From positions 3,516,706-3,580,705 of the forward strand of contig NW_003526944.1 of assembly GCF_000181795.1 (NCBI RefSeq): DNA of 64,000 bases, in the 5' to 3' direction. Position numbers and translations under genes: made by a program. Below, piece by piece: positions 25,351 to 39,926 of this stretch (within the stretch, counting starts at the first letter, position 1; every line of letters starts with the position of its first letter). The stretch comes from Trichinella spiralis. Its lineage: Eukaryota. The notes beneath the pieces were generated by a model, which did not search any database, was not told the origin of the DNA, and saw only the letters and a list, made by a program, of their open reading frames with translations.

Positions 25351-28300
25351 TTCTCTGACAACCTATGAAACTGCGTTTTTGTTTTCAGTTGAAAATTACT
25401 TCAATGATTCGCTTAATGATGATAATGATGATAGGAATTAACTGAATAAAAGTGTGATGTTTGAAATTTTGCAATGTACGTAAATATTTGAATTGAAAAA
25501 TTGAAAAAAAGAATTCAAACTAATTTCACGTTATCATTCTTCCAATGCACAAGTGACTGACTAGGAAAAAAAATTCATTTTTCATTTATAATATTACTCA
25601 ATGTTTACAAACAACGGTACTTGAACATCAATTTTGTAATACTGTAGTGTATTTTGTATTAGTTTGATTGGTATTTCTTTTTTGCTGTGCACAATATTAA
25701 GTAAGTGACAGCGTAGAATTTCCGAAGCAAGAATAGAAAAGAAAAGGAAAGAAAAAAAAATCACCACTAAACGTTAATAATGAGCAAACGCTGAGATAAG
25801 AGGCAAAATAAATGGTGAAAATAAAATTTATTGCCCCATCAATGCGAGCATAATTCAGGTCTGTCGAGACGTTTGTTGAACAGTTTTACTACTGGATGAA
25901 ATAGTTTCCAAGCAATGAAATAAATAATAAATATGTATTAAAGTAATAATAAAAAACCGTCAAGTGAGTTAGATGCACATATATACATATATGTGATCGT
26001 TTTAAATTTATTGCATTTGAATAATAAAAGTGGAAATAAAATCAGGACAACAGCCAAAGTTTGTGAAAATTTTATTTGGTGGTGAAATAAAAATGCAAGT
26101 GGGGGAGCAGCAGTTTTGATGACTAGAAATCAAGCGTGCAATTTTGGAATGATTTCAATGAACTCAGTCCAGTCAGCAACTGGGAACACTGAGAGATGTG
26201 ATGATAAAACTTTTGGTGATACTTTCCAGATGTAAAAAATAAAATTTATTTATTTGTTTGTATAATTTTTCAAAAAAAATGTAATTTTTCGCACGTGATG
26301 ATGAAGTTGTTATTTGGCAATTGTGCAGAGCAAAACAGAGTAGAGCAGAATATCAGAATAAACACCATCAAGCAGTGTGTTGGGAAAAAAGAAAAATGGC
26401 GAAACAATTTTCAACGCATCACCAGGCATGCAACGGCGGCAAGTCTTTGATTTGTAAAATTGAAAATGAGCCGTAAAATGTCATTCATTGAAAATGGTGA
26501 AAGAAAAAGGGGGGATGATGCGCGTACAACCTGTGAACAGGTTCTTGGAGCATCAATTTGCAGAAGCCTGATTAAATTGATCGACGCCCGAGTTGGTTTG
26601 GAACGGGTGAACTGAAGCTGAACAAGCGGCTACAGTGAAGAGCAGCAGCAGCACCAGTACAACGCCAGTGCTGAGCATGCATGCAACAATTTCTCTCTCT
26701 CAATTCTGCTTCAATGGAAAATTGCTGACAACAATCTGTCAAAAATTGCCGTCGGTCTAAAAAGACATTCAACTTTTTCCCATCTTGCAAAAATACTACT
26801 TACTAATCTGATCAGCTTCATTCATTCATTCAAACCTTCCTCCTGTATCAACCCTTTTACCACAACAACCAATACAATGTTATACTGTTCACTTTTTGTT
26901 GCTGCTGTTACACATTTTTCATTCATTTGCATACAACTGTGTGTGTGTGTGTGTGCATGCGTAAACTATTTCAATTTTACATTGAATACAATATATATAT
27001 ATATGTATTTGCAAAATGAGAAGAAGAAGAAGAAAACAATTTTCATTCATAAAACACAACTTATAGTATAGGTTACATCAATGAAGCACAAAGTGGGAAA
27101 AGTTCAACATTTGATTATTTATCAAATTATTAATGGTCAGTAATGTATGTTTGCATGCAATGTAAATATGAATAAATATATAAATGAACAATACTTCTCA
27201 GTGTAACAATCTATTGCATGGCATATTTATGAATAATAACAACATATAATAAGTATACGCTAAACTGAAAATTCATCATCATCATCAATCATTCATCATA
27301 GAACATGCTATTTTCAACAGAGTGATCATTTTTACTTTGCACCCATTTGCAATTTTATTATTATTCTTCTTTTTTACATTATTGCATTGCTGAACTGAAT
27401 AAATTTAAAAATAAAATAATAAAAAAGCAATTTAAAGTTATTTTTCAATAATGAGCTAATGATAAAATAAAATAAAATGAGAATAAAAGCATCAAAACTA
27501 GATTTCAATGAAGTCTGTATTTTGGTAATATAATTTTAAACGACAACAGGTCAGTTGCTGTTGATTAAGATGCAAAATAAGTCAACCGGATGCCCTTCTT
27601 GAAAATAACTATTTTCTTCACGCCTTCAGTTCAAATTTGAAACGAGAAACCCAAGGAAAAACCCCCAATTTTGCTAATAATAATAATAATGTTTATTTTA
27701 AAATTTTCATTTGAATTCAATTTCATTCAGTTTAAAAATCCAGCTGCAACTCACACTAATAAACTTAAATTCACTGAACCGTATTATGCAACAGAAATAC
27801 AATTGCAACTCGATATGCTTCGTGTTGTATTTATTGCAAAAAGATGAAATTCGAAATTTGCATAATAATTATGAAAACTTCTGTTTCTAGTAATAAGAAA
27901 CCAACGAATAGTGATGGAAAACTTTTTGTTTTTCAATTTAAAAGATGCTCTCAAAATAACATTTCGCACTTTTACAAGTGGAAGAGGAGGAAAAAAAAAT
28001 TCAATTTAACAAAATTTCCCAACCAAATTGAAGCTATTCTGTGAAAAAAGAAATCGACAAACAAACACATGTGACAAGTGACAATTTTTTTGGTTTTTAT
28101 TTTTTTGCAAATATTCAAAACACGAAAAGCACAACGGAAACGTTGAAATAAACAAGCAAACAAATTAATGAACAAAATTTCCCCCCTTCCACTTTTGCTT
28201 CAATCTCTACTTGCAAAAGTTGACAATCTTGTATTATAATTATTGGCACAGTGTAAGAGCAGTTGAGATAATAATAATAATAATAATTTTCATAAAACAC

Positions 28301-29137
28301 GTTAAATTGTTTAAATTAAATAAATTACTTCTGTTGACAGGTAACAGCAACATTAACTTCAAAGCAGCGGCAAGAAGGAAACAAGAAACTGGAACAAAAC
28401 GGTGCAAAGCATCGGTAGCAAATTATTAACGGCTTCTTGACACAAGCAACAGCTGTCTCGAGAGAGGAAATTAATTTCACCAATCTCTCTCCTAATCATC
28501 AGCATGCCTGAGATCAAATGGCCCAATTTTTGTACCAAACTATCATCAAAGTTCACAATTTCATTTATGCACAATTTATCTGTGGAAAATTGCCACTTTT
28601 TTTTGATTGGTCCCTTTTCGCATCACCATATTTTTTGCCATGCAGAAGTTTACACTATTATCAAGCTTTATTATTTATTCTAGTCTTTTCGGCATTTTTC
28701 AAAAGATTATGAAAAATTAATCAATTGCAAATACAAACGTCAGTCGGCATCGGCTATAACGCATAAAGCTCTCAACTGAAAGCGATCAACCGCAACCTGA
28801 AAATCACTGTTCCAAACCAATGAATCCAATGGATGCAGCATTTGATGTTTCGAAAAAAAAGAATAAATGAAAATACTTTCGTCAGCATTGCAGCAATTTA
28901 TCTATTAAAAAAACTGTCAAAAATGGAAAATTTTCCCACAAAATCCAATCATACGATGAATGCATAATACAACAGCAATCATTTGCAGATTTTTCAATTG
29001 CATGCTGTCTGTTTGTTGACTTCTTTTTTCAACGGATATATTATAAATCAATTCAACAATTGTGATTCAATTATGAAATAGTGAAATGCACAATTGCAAT
29101 TTTTTCTTCCAATCTTGAATTTTGCCGATTTGTTGAA

Positions 29138-29196
29138 ATCTATCCATCTATCTATCTATCTATCTGTCTGTCTATCTATCTATCTATCTATCTATC
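29138..29196. repeat. (TATC)n tetranucleotide microsatellite, imperfect
   Basis: tctatccatctatctatctatctatctgtctgtctatctatctatctatctatctatc. Confidence 0.9.
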
Positions 29197-29699
29197 TTGC
29201 CGATGCGATAGCCAAAAGCGATGCCAGTTCGTAGTCGTTGCGGCGCAACAGACAGCCTGGCGTCGATGGAAAAATGCGATGAACCAAAACATTTCTTCAA
29301 AGTGTCATCAAAAAATATACAGTACACTTTAGTGTGATTGAATTAATAATAATAATAATAATAATTTCAGCTTATCGATATGGTTCAATTTATGAATCTG
29401 ATAAGTCGATACACCGAAAGTCAATTATCTTCATTTACACTCATTGAAAAATCTTCATCTCATACTCATTCATTGCTTACTTGATAAAAAAAGGCAAAAT
29501 AATATTATTATTAACAAGTCAAAACATTATAGAACAGAAAGTTTTCCTGATAATAACTTTACATGTTTATTAAGTAAAAAAAAAGAATCAAGAGGGACCC
29601 TGCTAAAATTCGGCGCTTCATTGAAGCCGGTTTTTCGAAAGCCCTGCTCCGGCACGAGTTGGGGCATAAAAATTTTGGGACACCTGCTTTGACAGCAGC

Positions 29700-29815
29700 A
29701 CGTCGACCTGGAACCGCCCGGGGCTTCATCTCTCGGAACAGGATAGCAAGCGTTGACCAATGAAAGTTCAGGATTCGGCCACGCCCTCTGGCGAAATCGT
29801 CCAATCCAATCGTTG
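29700..29815 (+). promoter_or_regulatory. Putative promoter of the KLF gene: GC boxes and CCAAT boxes
   Basis: CCGCCC at 29714, CCAAT at 29757, CCACGCCC at 29779, CCAAT at 29801 and 29806, in a CpG-rich patch. It is followed by a probable non-coding exon (donor AAG|GTAAAA near 29983, acceptor at 30130). Confidence 0.55.
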
Positions 29816-30155
29816 GAACGAAAACTCGCTTTCATTGATAACTTTACTGTCAAATCGGTGAATGAACAATCACGGCCAAGTGGAATTGAAGCTACTTACT
29901 TAGCAGTGTGCTTGGTTGTTGCGGAGGTCGATTTCGAATTTGGCCGAAGACCAATCACCACCACCACCACCATCTATAGAAAGGTAAAAAGTCGACCGAA
30001 AACGTCCCAGCAGAAAATCGTCAAAAAAAACCTTAACCTTCACCATCTATCTATCTATGCTTAAAATGCACATATCCGTGCAATGTGTGTGTGTGTGTGT
30101 TTGTGGATAAACGGTTTTTTTCTTTAGCAGATAAAAAATCTCACACAATTGGAAT

Positions 30156-33100
30156 ATGGATGGCACTTTGGAACCAGTGCTTTGTTCAACAATTGAAGAA
30201 GACGATGTTTTCGACGATCCTTCTCCAACATGCCAATATGCACCGGAGCTTAAGGTAAGTTTTCTTCTCCTCAACAGCAGATAGGATATAACAGTTAATA
30301 GTTTTTTATTTTAAATTATACACCAAAATAGGCATTAATTTTAATTTTTTATGGAATACCGCTTTTCAAATCTAAAGAAAACATTCGATGCAATTTCATG
30401 AATACAGAAAGAGGGAGATATGTGTAACGATTTGACAAATTTAAATTTTTTTCTTTTTCTAAATTTTACGTTGTCCATTTCAAACGTAGTGGCATTCATC
30501 ATTCATCAAATCACAAAAACAAGGACACACGCATTAGTTTTCTTCAAAAGTTAAAACAGTACTTTCGTGGAGAGAGAAAAAAGTCTGCTTCTGGTCGGAC
30601 TTTCAACAGAACAACAAAAACATCCTATCCAGCTTAACCGAGTGTTCAATGGAAGCTGTTTTCTTAAATCCCACTCTACTAATGGGTTTGTTTGAATGTA
30701 GAAGAAAGCGCGGAGGCGATTTGACACACGAATATCAACGCTCCGTTAGGTCCTAAGGTGCAATTTGAAAACGCCGACATGTCAACTTTACCAATTTGAC
30801 AGCTCGTCATCATTGACATTCAGAAAACTTCTTCTTCTTCTTCTTCTACTTCATACAATTCATCTGTACATACATACATACATACATACATACAATACAG
30901 ACACGCATAATTTTATATGCATAAATGGAGGTGAACAAAGCACACACAGTCCATATACACAACACAGACACATGCATGGATACATGCCATACTTGTGTGT
31001 AAACATTAGCGAACGGTAATCCTGTGCACAAACTTCAGGTCGCGCGTTTCATAAATATAAGGCCAAGAAGCTGGTGTTTATTCGCAAAGCTTAAGCTGCT
31101 CAGGTCTCCCGGGCAAGGTTGTGCGAGATTCGAATGACAAACGCTGTGTGATCCATCCGTCCACCGCGATCCTATTCTCCTCTTACTTCCGATCATTTCC
31201 TGTTATTTTTTACATAAAACCCCAACGCTTGGTTGCTTGGTGTATGCTTTTTGTCTTTCTTTTTCTTATTATTCCATAATCATCGAACATGCGAGCGAGC
31301 AACTGTATTATTAGTTTTAGTTGGCTATTTCACAGATACATGAATCGGTGATCAATTTCAGCAGTTCAACACCTTTTACACTTGACCTTCGCTAAATTTA
31401 ATTTCAGATTAATCATTGAAAAAAATTAATTTTTTTATATTATCAAACTACACTCACTGTCTGTATCACTGTCGTAAAGTCAGATTTTATGAAAAATATA
31501 CGATTTCACAAGCATGTCTCAAAAGAAAAAAACAAAAAATAACTCGATCTAGCTTGTTGTAAATCTTAAATTTGGAAAAAACGATCAGAAGAAGTGAAGT
31601 GTCAAGTGAAATTTTGTGATTAATATTTTGAAAAAGTAAGTAAGTAAGAGGAATATTTTTACAGCCCACCACATTCGCCAGAATTATTATGTATAATGAA
31701 TATATATATGTATTTGAAACGTTTGTAAAATTCACACAATCGTAGTTTGACTATTTAAAAATGGAAAGCATGAAGTATATTTTCTAATAAAAAAATACTG
31801 TTTTTATCACTTATTACAAACATTCACTGGTGGCATAATGAAATTCATTTTAAAATATCTCTTTCTCACTCTACATCTCCCTTTTCTCAAACTTTTTGAA
31901 AGAAAATTGAAATTTTTCTTTCACGTTCGTAATTGTTGCTTTCTTCCATTTTATTTCACCCATAGTTTCTGCTGCTGCTGCTGAGTATAATTCGAAATGA
32001 CAGTTTCAAAATGCAACTAGTAAACTAAGCTTCACGCTTGAAAGCATCCATCCGTGTGCGCGTATCATTTTTCTGCCTGCATGTTGTTTCTTTTTTCTTT
32101 CTTTATTTATTTATTTATCACAGACAAAGCAGTGCAGTTTTGTTTTTAAATATTAAAAATAATGCTTTGAACGGTGAAATGATGAAAACACAAAGTACAC
32201 ATTTGACAAGTATCCGGAAGTCAGAGAAAGCACAAGAAAACAAGTAGCACGTTGTTTGTTGTTGACAAGCTTTAAGAAGTGTCCGGCTAAAAAGCACAAT
32301 TTGCCTGCTTGTCTGTCTGTTCACAGGATTTTGCATTCTTTTCACTTCAGTCGGTGAATATAGAAGAAAAATTATTTGACATTTTTTAATGCATTGAAAA
32401 CGCATCTACCTCTTGAGCCTTCATTTCACTCCAGCGCCACTGCCCTGTCCAATTCAGCAGCTCGAACGGATACAGATTGGATGTAGATAAAGAGGCCGAA
32501 GAATGGCCAAATGAGCAATAAATTTATAACACCGCACAATTGTCACTCTGATCATGTGCAAGTGGTGCTTTTGACTGCCCCGCCAGGAAAGGCTAAACTC
32601 TCGCCGATTGCTTTGCGATGAAACGATCCACCGCTGAGCATTAAAAAAAATTACAAACTCAAATCCATCACAAACTCTCCGACGACGTTGATGATGATGA
32701 TGGATATAACTATCTGAACAGTTGTTGTTCTCAATTTTAATGACCACAATCAAAGCAGCAAAAAAAGTAGTAAATAATGTCTGCTTTGAAGTAAACAAAA
32801 TCTTTTTACATTCGGAAGCTATCTTTGATCTTTGAACATTAATGAATAAAATCTAGTAAAGTTGGAACAATCGGAGAAGATAATTTTCAAATTCTGTGAA
32901 AATAGAAATGCTCAGCTAAGCCCTTCGTTTTTATCCATTCGCGTTTTATTCAACATAACGTAAAAATTGTACTAATGAAATAACGCTGACCGTTGATTGT
33001 GATGGAAAGACACGTCAAGAAAATTTTCACTTGCATATCAACTTTATAAAATTTTCCTTGTTGTCAATTTTTCTATTTTCCTTCTTTGCAACTTTATTTC

Positions 33101-33922
33101 CCAAAATTTCCAGTAGAAAATATTAAAAATGTAAAATTATTCAAAACTATCTGTTATCAATGTATGTGAAAAAGTGCGTGTAGAACTTATATTTATGTGA
33201 GTTATTAAATGAATATTTAATGCCAATTATTTACAGTTTGTAAATTATCGAATAAAACATTTTATTTATTAGATTTCATGCTAATTCAATTAGTAATTAC
33301 GATTCAGCTTTCCTAAATTCGAAATAAAATTGTTTCCATTTCCACATTTTAGTAATGTTTTAAAAACCAAGAAAAAACCCCTCATAAAAAAGTCACAGTG
33401 ATGAAAGATTGTTCGGCATATTCGCTTTGATGTTGCACATGCATTGTCGCCAAATAATTGTCTGCTAAGATGATGTATGCGTGTTTACAAGAAGCTTCTT
33501 CTTCTTCAGCTTGTTCATTTTTTGCTTATTCCGAATTGCTCTTTTTTTCATTTACATTTTTTACATTGAGAAAATTATCCTCTGGTTCAAGAATTGAAAT
33601 ATTTTAAAAAATATACGACCATGCCAACGACCGGTTGTTGTTGTTGCCATATTTGTCAACGCTACCTGCATCCGAATGCTATAGCGCGCGTTTCAATACA
33701 TATATAATAAGAAAGCAGGCATAGACAGACAACCAACCTGTTTGAACTTGTCGTCCGTTAGTTATTTCGGTGTCGCAAATTTGCAACTGCATGCAAAAAA
33801 GCACCACAACAATGCAAACTTTCTTTCTTTCCATTCACTCTTCGTTACATTACATTAAAATAATATACTAAGTGAATTTTATTTTTGGTCAGTTTAAAAG
33901 TATTGTCACTATTCTCTTACAA

Positions 33923-33953
<31 letters not shown>

Positions 33954-36900
33954 CCGTATGTGCCCCCGCATAATTCAGCCCGTACTTCAGCATATCTCTT
34001 ACAACCTTCCCTCGAATTTACCCCTTACCACCCTCTAGATTGGAGTGGAAATACAAGAAGAAAGAAAGAAAATTTTTTTAAAAGAATCAATGCTAAATTG
34101 TTTTTTACAAATGATTATTTGTCAAAAAGAAAAGGTCATTTGCAGTACTATAATGCAGTGCTGTAATAATAATAACAGTTTAATAAACTCATTTGCAATT
34201 GTTTCTCGTAAAGTTTTATATGATTTTAAAAGTTTGAAAAATCAAAAATCTTCTCACGAATGATTATGATAATGATAATCCTTGACCCTTTTACCTTTTA
34301 CCTTGAATTGCAACAAAATTAATTAATTCTCCAGAGTGATTTTAAATTTTCCTAATCACAACGAACTAACTGATCAGATGATATTTTCCTCTATTCTGGG
34401 TAGACCCTTTTTTCCCCGTATTGAATATTTGTAGAATATTTCATAAAATATCAAAATTCTAATATTGAACTGAAGTGGTTTGTATTTTGTCAAAAGTTTC
34501 CCAATTTTACAACAACTTCACACAATCCATTGCCGATTGAAGAGTTCCGTGTCTATTGACCTGAAAGTTTGCAGTGAATTTTTTTCTATCTAATTTGACA
34601 CCATTTTTTTTCTCAAATACGTAAACTTGAGAGATATTTTTAGAAAAAAAATTAAAATCTGAAAATCAAATCAGAATACAAAAAAAGAAGGGAAATGAAA
34701 TGGAAGAGTTGAGCAGAACAGCAGCAGCAGCAAGCAGAAAAAAAAATACGCGGTACTCAGTTTCGCATCACAACTCTCTTCTACATCTACAGCTAAAATA
34801 CTTTGTCACCAATTTTGCGGAAAAAAAATACACGATACTATTATATAATCACGATGCTTAATTATATATATATTTTTTTCTTTTTAATCTCTGAAAACAT
34901 CACAAATGTCACATATTGTACAATTCAATGAATTATTATTATTTACAGGAACACATTTATTTCAGTTTATGCATAAGCGATTAAAGAGATCAGAAATAAT
35001 GGAAGGGAAAAAAGCATAGCATTGAAGAAAGTGGAATTGTTTTTTTTTCATGAAAATTATACTAAACAATTTCAACTTGCAGCCGAAAAAACACCTGTTC
35101 TATATAGCTAGCTGTGTTGGACTTTAAAAATAAGTTCCACAAACTTAGAGGAGTGGTGGCTGCTTTTTCCACAGCCGCATTACAACTCTGATGTGCATTT
35201 GAGTTGGGAAGATTTTTTTTCCCAATTTTAACATACACATTTTACAACTTTTCTCTGTTTAAACACACATTTCGATTAAATCAAAATTATCTGAAAAAAA
35301 CTATACCATCAAGAAGCTGTAGAATTATATTTTGTGTAATATTACTACTGACTGGGCTTGAATTTGCTTCTCATTCATCCTCATCATCATCCACCCTTTT
35401 CGCTGCTATTCCTGCACAAACCCCCTTTCGCTTCCCCCCCCCCTCTCCCAAGCTTTCTCTCCTTGTTGGACAAATCAAAAAATATAAATATTAGCTTATT
35501 TTCAACTTTTGATGTTGACATAAATACGTCGGAAAACATATAATCTATTATTGTGCAGATTAAATATAATAATAAGTAATAAAAAAACACGACAAATGAT
35601 AATCTAAAGTGAATTTCTCTAAAGTTGATGAAACTTGAACTTCATTAATAGAAGCCTGTATTTTGGTGCTACAATTTCAGAAAGAAGAATTCAAAGAATA
35701 TCTGAGCGGCTGGGCAGCCGAACAGACAAAACCACGCCGAGAAAGTGCCAGTCATGTGGAAGAATTTTTTCGCAGTGCGGATCAACCACGCCCTAACGCC
35801 AGGTTCAATTCGGTCGGTGGGGCTTTAACGTTCGGGTCGCCGTGGCTGAATCCGTCGGCCACCGTTTGGTCGAGCGAACAGCTCTGCGGCAACCCGATGG
35901 CCACATCGTCGAACGAAATGGTCGTCTGTCCGTACGTGTTGACCGAACTGAAAGGCGCCGGCAGCTCGGACAAGAACGGTCTGAGCCGTATTCTCAGTCA
36001 AACAGCCGGCAGTTTGTCAAGGGTAAAATTGGAAAGCTGCGACGAGTTGTCTCATCAATCAACAACAACTACAACCACTGCTGCTGCTGCTGCTGCTGCT
36101 ACATCCGCAACATTGCCGGTGCAAGTAAAACTGGAAGAAGCCGAAAATAATCATCAACAGTTGGTCAATTGGAAAGAGGCTAACACGTCCATGCCAGGCT
36201 GGAATGGCGGTTTAATTGTACACACAACAGTGCCCGTTCAAGATATCCTATCCCAACAGCAGCAGCAGCAGCAGCAACAGCAACAACAACCGTCGCCAAC
36301 TACGATCTCCAGTCAGTGTCCGGCAAAACAAGACATGCAACCATGCAAACAAGATCCGGTTCCATTGTCATGCCTGCCTCCGGGTGTGGATCGAAAAATC
36401 TTTTTCCCACCATCAATGTGGCATGGTCGTGGCCCACAAGCGCCAAAATCAAAACGTCGAAGCAACCCGGAATTGGAAAAGCGACGAATTCACTACTGCG
36501 ATTATCCAGGTGACTGATTGGACAATTTGAGGAAAAAACCTGCTAATAATACTACGATACACATATGCATAAATATGCATTGCTTTTCAGATTGCAACAA
36601 AGTCTACACGAAAAGTTCTCATTTGAAAGCACATCAAAGAATTCACACAGGTTAGAAAAAGCTTGCACATTTATTTATAATATTCACACTGAATAATGCA
36701 GAAAAAATTAATATTAACTAGTTAGCAGCAACTAGCTTAAGCAGACAGACAGACAGAGAGTGATGCCAACTGCTTGTAAAAATGACTATACCGGAAGATA
36801 GGTTGGAAATGGCAATTTAATAATTGTAATTATAATTGTAATAATAATAATGATGATGATAATGCACGGGAAAAGCACAACCAGTTAGTTGCAAACAAAC

Positions 36901-37991
36901 AGTTGCCAGGCGCGTTGTTAAAAATCAGTTATCATTGAAACTTTTGAAGACAATTAAAAATGTCAACTGGAGTGCGCGAGTGATTTGAAAAATTGCTCAA
37001 AATCAGTTCGGCTTCTCGCCCTTTTCTTGAACCGCTGAAGCGTGAAACGGCAAACCAATCTCACGTCAAAATCTAAACTGCTGCCCAATGTGAAAAAGTT
37101 GTAACGCATGTTATTATTGTAAAAATACCGTAAATTATTATTATTGGTATTATTCAACAGTTCAACTGCATCAATCATGCAATCTTAATTTCTTTCTCCA
37201 CTTCACCTTCCTTATGACTGACAGTTGTGAAGAATATATATATATATATTTATTTAAACTTTGTTCACAGTCATTCCTATAATTTCTATGGTACAAATAT
37301 CATCATGATTGATTGAATGAAGAAATATAGTTAGTTAATAAATAAATATTCACTGCGCTCATCTTCTACAGTGGATGCAGATGTAGATGCTCTCAATTGA
37401 TGAGTCAGTGAAAAAAATGGTTGTTATTTCGTGCGTGGTGGATATTTTCAATAAAAACTTAGCTAATCTACACAGATTTAGCAAAAAAGTTTTATAGGTG
37501 CAACAAACAAACAAACAAATGAATAAATGAACACCATAGACCACAGTTTTTTAAAAAGCTTTTCACCAGATTGTTCAAAGGAAATATCAGATGAGCCGAT
37601 GCAAAATTATTACCAATAATAATAAAATTTTGGAATAAACTCTCGTTTAAAATGACTATCTATAGGGCTTTTTCCTTTTTCAGGAGAAAAACCGTACACA
37701 TGCCAGTGGCCAAATTGTCAGTGGCGTTTCGCACGATCCGACGAGCTAACACGCCACTATCGCAAGCACACCGGGGCAAAGCCGTTCCGATGCAAGCTCT
37801 GCGACCGGTGCTTTGCCCGCAGTGATCACTTGGCTTTGCACATGCGACGCCACCAACCGAAAAATCGCGTCAGCCGCCACATGAGCCTCGACCCCACCTC
37901 AGCCGCCGCCGCAGCCGCTGCCAACATCTCACCGCTGAATCCACACCTACCGCTTCAACATTCACGTTCCAACCCAATAGCTTACGTTTGA
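30156..37991 (+). CDS. Kruppel-like factor (KLF5/dar1 class), 4 coding exons: 30156-30254, 35681-36509, 36591-36650, 37684-37991
   Basis: [95 protein letters not shown] gives three KLF zinc fingers with the KLF5-type pre-finger motif. Exon 1 ([12 protein letters not shown]) is phase-compatible but less certain. Confidence 0.93.
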
Positions 37992-38069
37992 AATTCCACC
38001 CCAAACACAGGCACTTTTATGAAATTGTACAATTTTCATCCATGTGCATTCCGGTTGTGCATACCCCAT

Positions 38070-38095
38070 CCATGCATGCATGCATGCATGCATAC
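38070..38095. repeat. (CATG)n self-complementary microsatellite in the probable KLF 3' UTR
   Basis: ccatgcatgcatgcatgcatgcatac. Confidence 0.85.
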
Positions 38096-38625
38096 ATGAT
38101 GCAACACAATCCAAAAGTGCCATTTTTCCATCTACACTGCTTGCTTATCTCTATGTCATTTACTTTGCACCGCTTTTCGCTTATCTTTTTCACAGCTGCA
38201 CATCTCACCTGAATACCACAATTAGACACACACACACGCAATATGTAATCATGCAAAAACGTTTTCTTTACAATATATTCTGCTCGATATTTGACAGTAA
38301 AAAATATGATTGTTGGCCATAAATTACTTATATCTATTTATTTATCCCAATTCATTCAGGTTGCATTTAAAGAAAAAATAAACTTACTGTAGTTTAAACA
38401 ATTCAAGATCATTTGATCAACTTTAAACAAACGAAAAAATTTTTAAAGTGTTTGATAGTTCAAAGTGACCAACTACACCGAGCAATTCAATTTGACCGAA
38501 TTTACGTCGATTGGATTCGTGCGTTCGAAACGGTGATCGGTAAAATTAGCCAATTTTCCATTATTCCTTATTGAGCGATACAAATAAATATATTTTCTTT
38601 TCTTTTACATTTAGAAATTATCGAC

Positions 38626-39926
38626 ATGTCCGAAATGAAGAAGCTGATTGCTATTATGCTGCTCGCCTACTTAGTGGACAGTGTGATCTTCAAATGTCCA
38701 CACGATGTTTTTACCAAAACCGCGGGATGGATGAAAAACAACGCCTGCATGACTGTCGTGAAAGCACCGAAGGGTGTTGATCTAGATGATGATTATATCA
38801 AGGAATGTCAGAAATACAGCGCAGGATCTGGATATATGCAACGCAATCTGGCATCCGTTATAAGAAAAAAGAAGCTTGTCATAGAGCGAGCTAGTGATAC
38901 GACAATATATTTGAATTATAAAATTGTTGGACAAGTGTTCGAGCAAAATCTTACTGTTGTAAAGTACACTCTGTCAGGGACCTTAGCGGATGCCCAACCG
39001 CAAATATTCGAAATGAAAAATACTGGATGGGATACGATATCGTCAAAAATATATATACCCACAGAATGGGTCAACCAAGTTGGAAATACAACCATCGAAA
39101 CCCCACTCTGCGCAGTATTTGTACGTCAGAATATCGACTTTGTCCCGTGCAAAAGTGGCCAAACGTTCACGCATATTGTCTGTACGATGGAAAGATTGGG
39201 AATGTGCAAAACTGAGGACAGAGAATTTGATGAAAGCGGCTGTAGAGAGTGTGAAGAAGATTACTTGCTACCATACTGCAGAAGTATGTATGACTTTTCT
39301 GACACTGTTCACAATAGTTTCATTTCTAAACGAGTGAACGAGTTTTGCAAATTTGTCCAATTTCCATATAATTCACGTAAATGATGAATCATTAAATTAA
39401 TTTTTTTAGATAAATCAGTAATTACTAATCCGGTAAATGAGAGTGATAAAATGAAACTAGCTGCAATTATACCAACCGTATGTTTTATCATAATCATCAT
39501 CTGCTGCGCAGTTATTTATTACAGGGTAAGCAGTATTGATTTTATAACTAATTGTAAGAAAAGTTGAAAACCCGTTTATGAGATTACGCACACATAGGTA
39601 CTAAAATTAAAGAAAGCTTTTTAAATAACTTTTCTATTATATACAATATAATATAAAGTACGAGAAATTAGTTTTTAATGTTCACTTATTTGAATATTTG
39701 AAGTATTTCATTTATTTAACTTGATTATCAATAACAGCCGTGTGCATATAATATAGAGTATAAATTGGCATGATTTTGAATTTCGTTTCTTCTGTTGTAG
39801 AGACGCAAAGCAAAGAAATTGGGTGAAGAAACGATGTCAGCAATGAGTTCAGCACGCGCATCGACGTTTGGCTCATTCGCATCCGCTTTCGGATCCTTCG
39901 CCAGCGTGGCGTCGGTTAAAAAATAA
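38626..39926 (+). CDS. Cys-rich type I membrane protein, tandem paralogue 1
   Basis: Signal peptide MKKLIAIMLLAYLVDS, ectodomain CPHDVFTKTAGW..C..C..YLNY..IPTEWV..LCAV..C..THIVC..C..GC..C..YLLPYC, TM exon (LAAIIPTVCFIIIIICCAVIYY) and tail exon RRRKAKK..VASVKK*. Confidence 0.85.

Noticed and set aside
29527..30064. ORFs of about 100 aa on both strands upstream of the KLF gene
   Set aside because: Better explained by a GC-rich promoter and 5' UTR with few stop codons.
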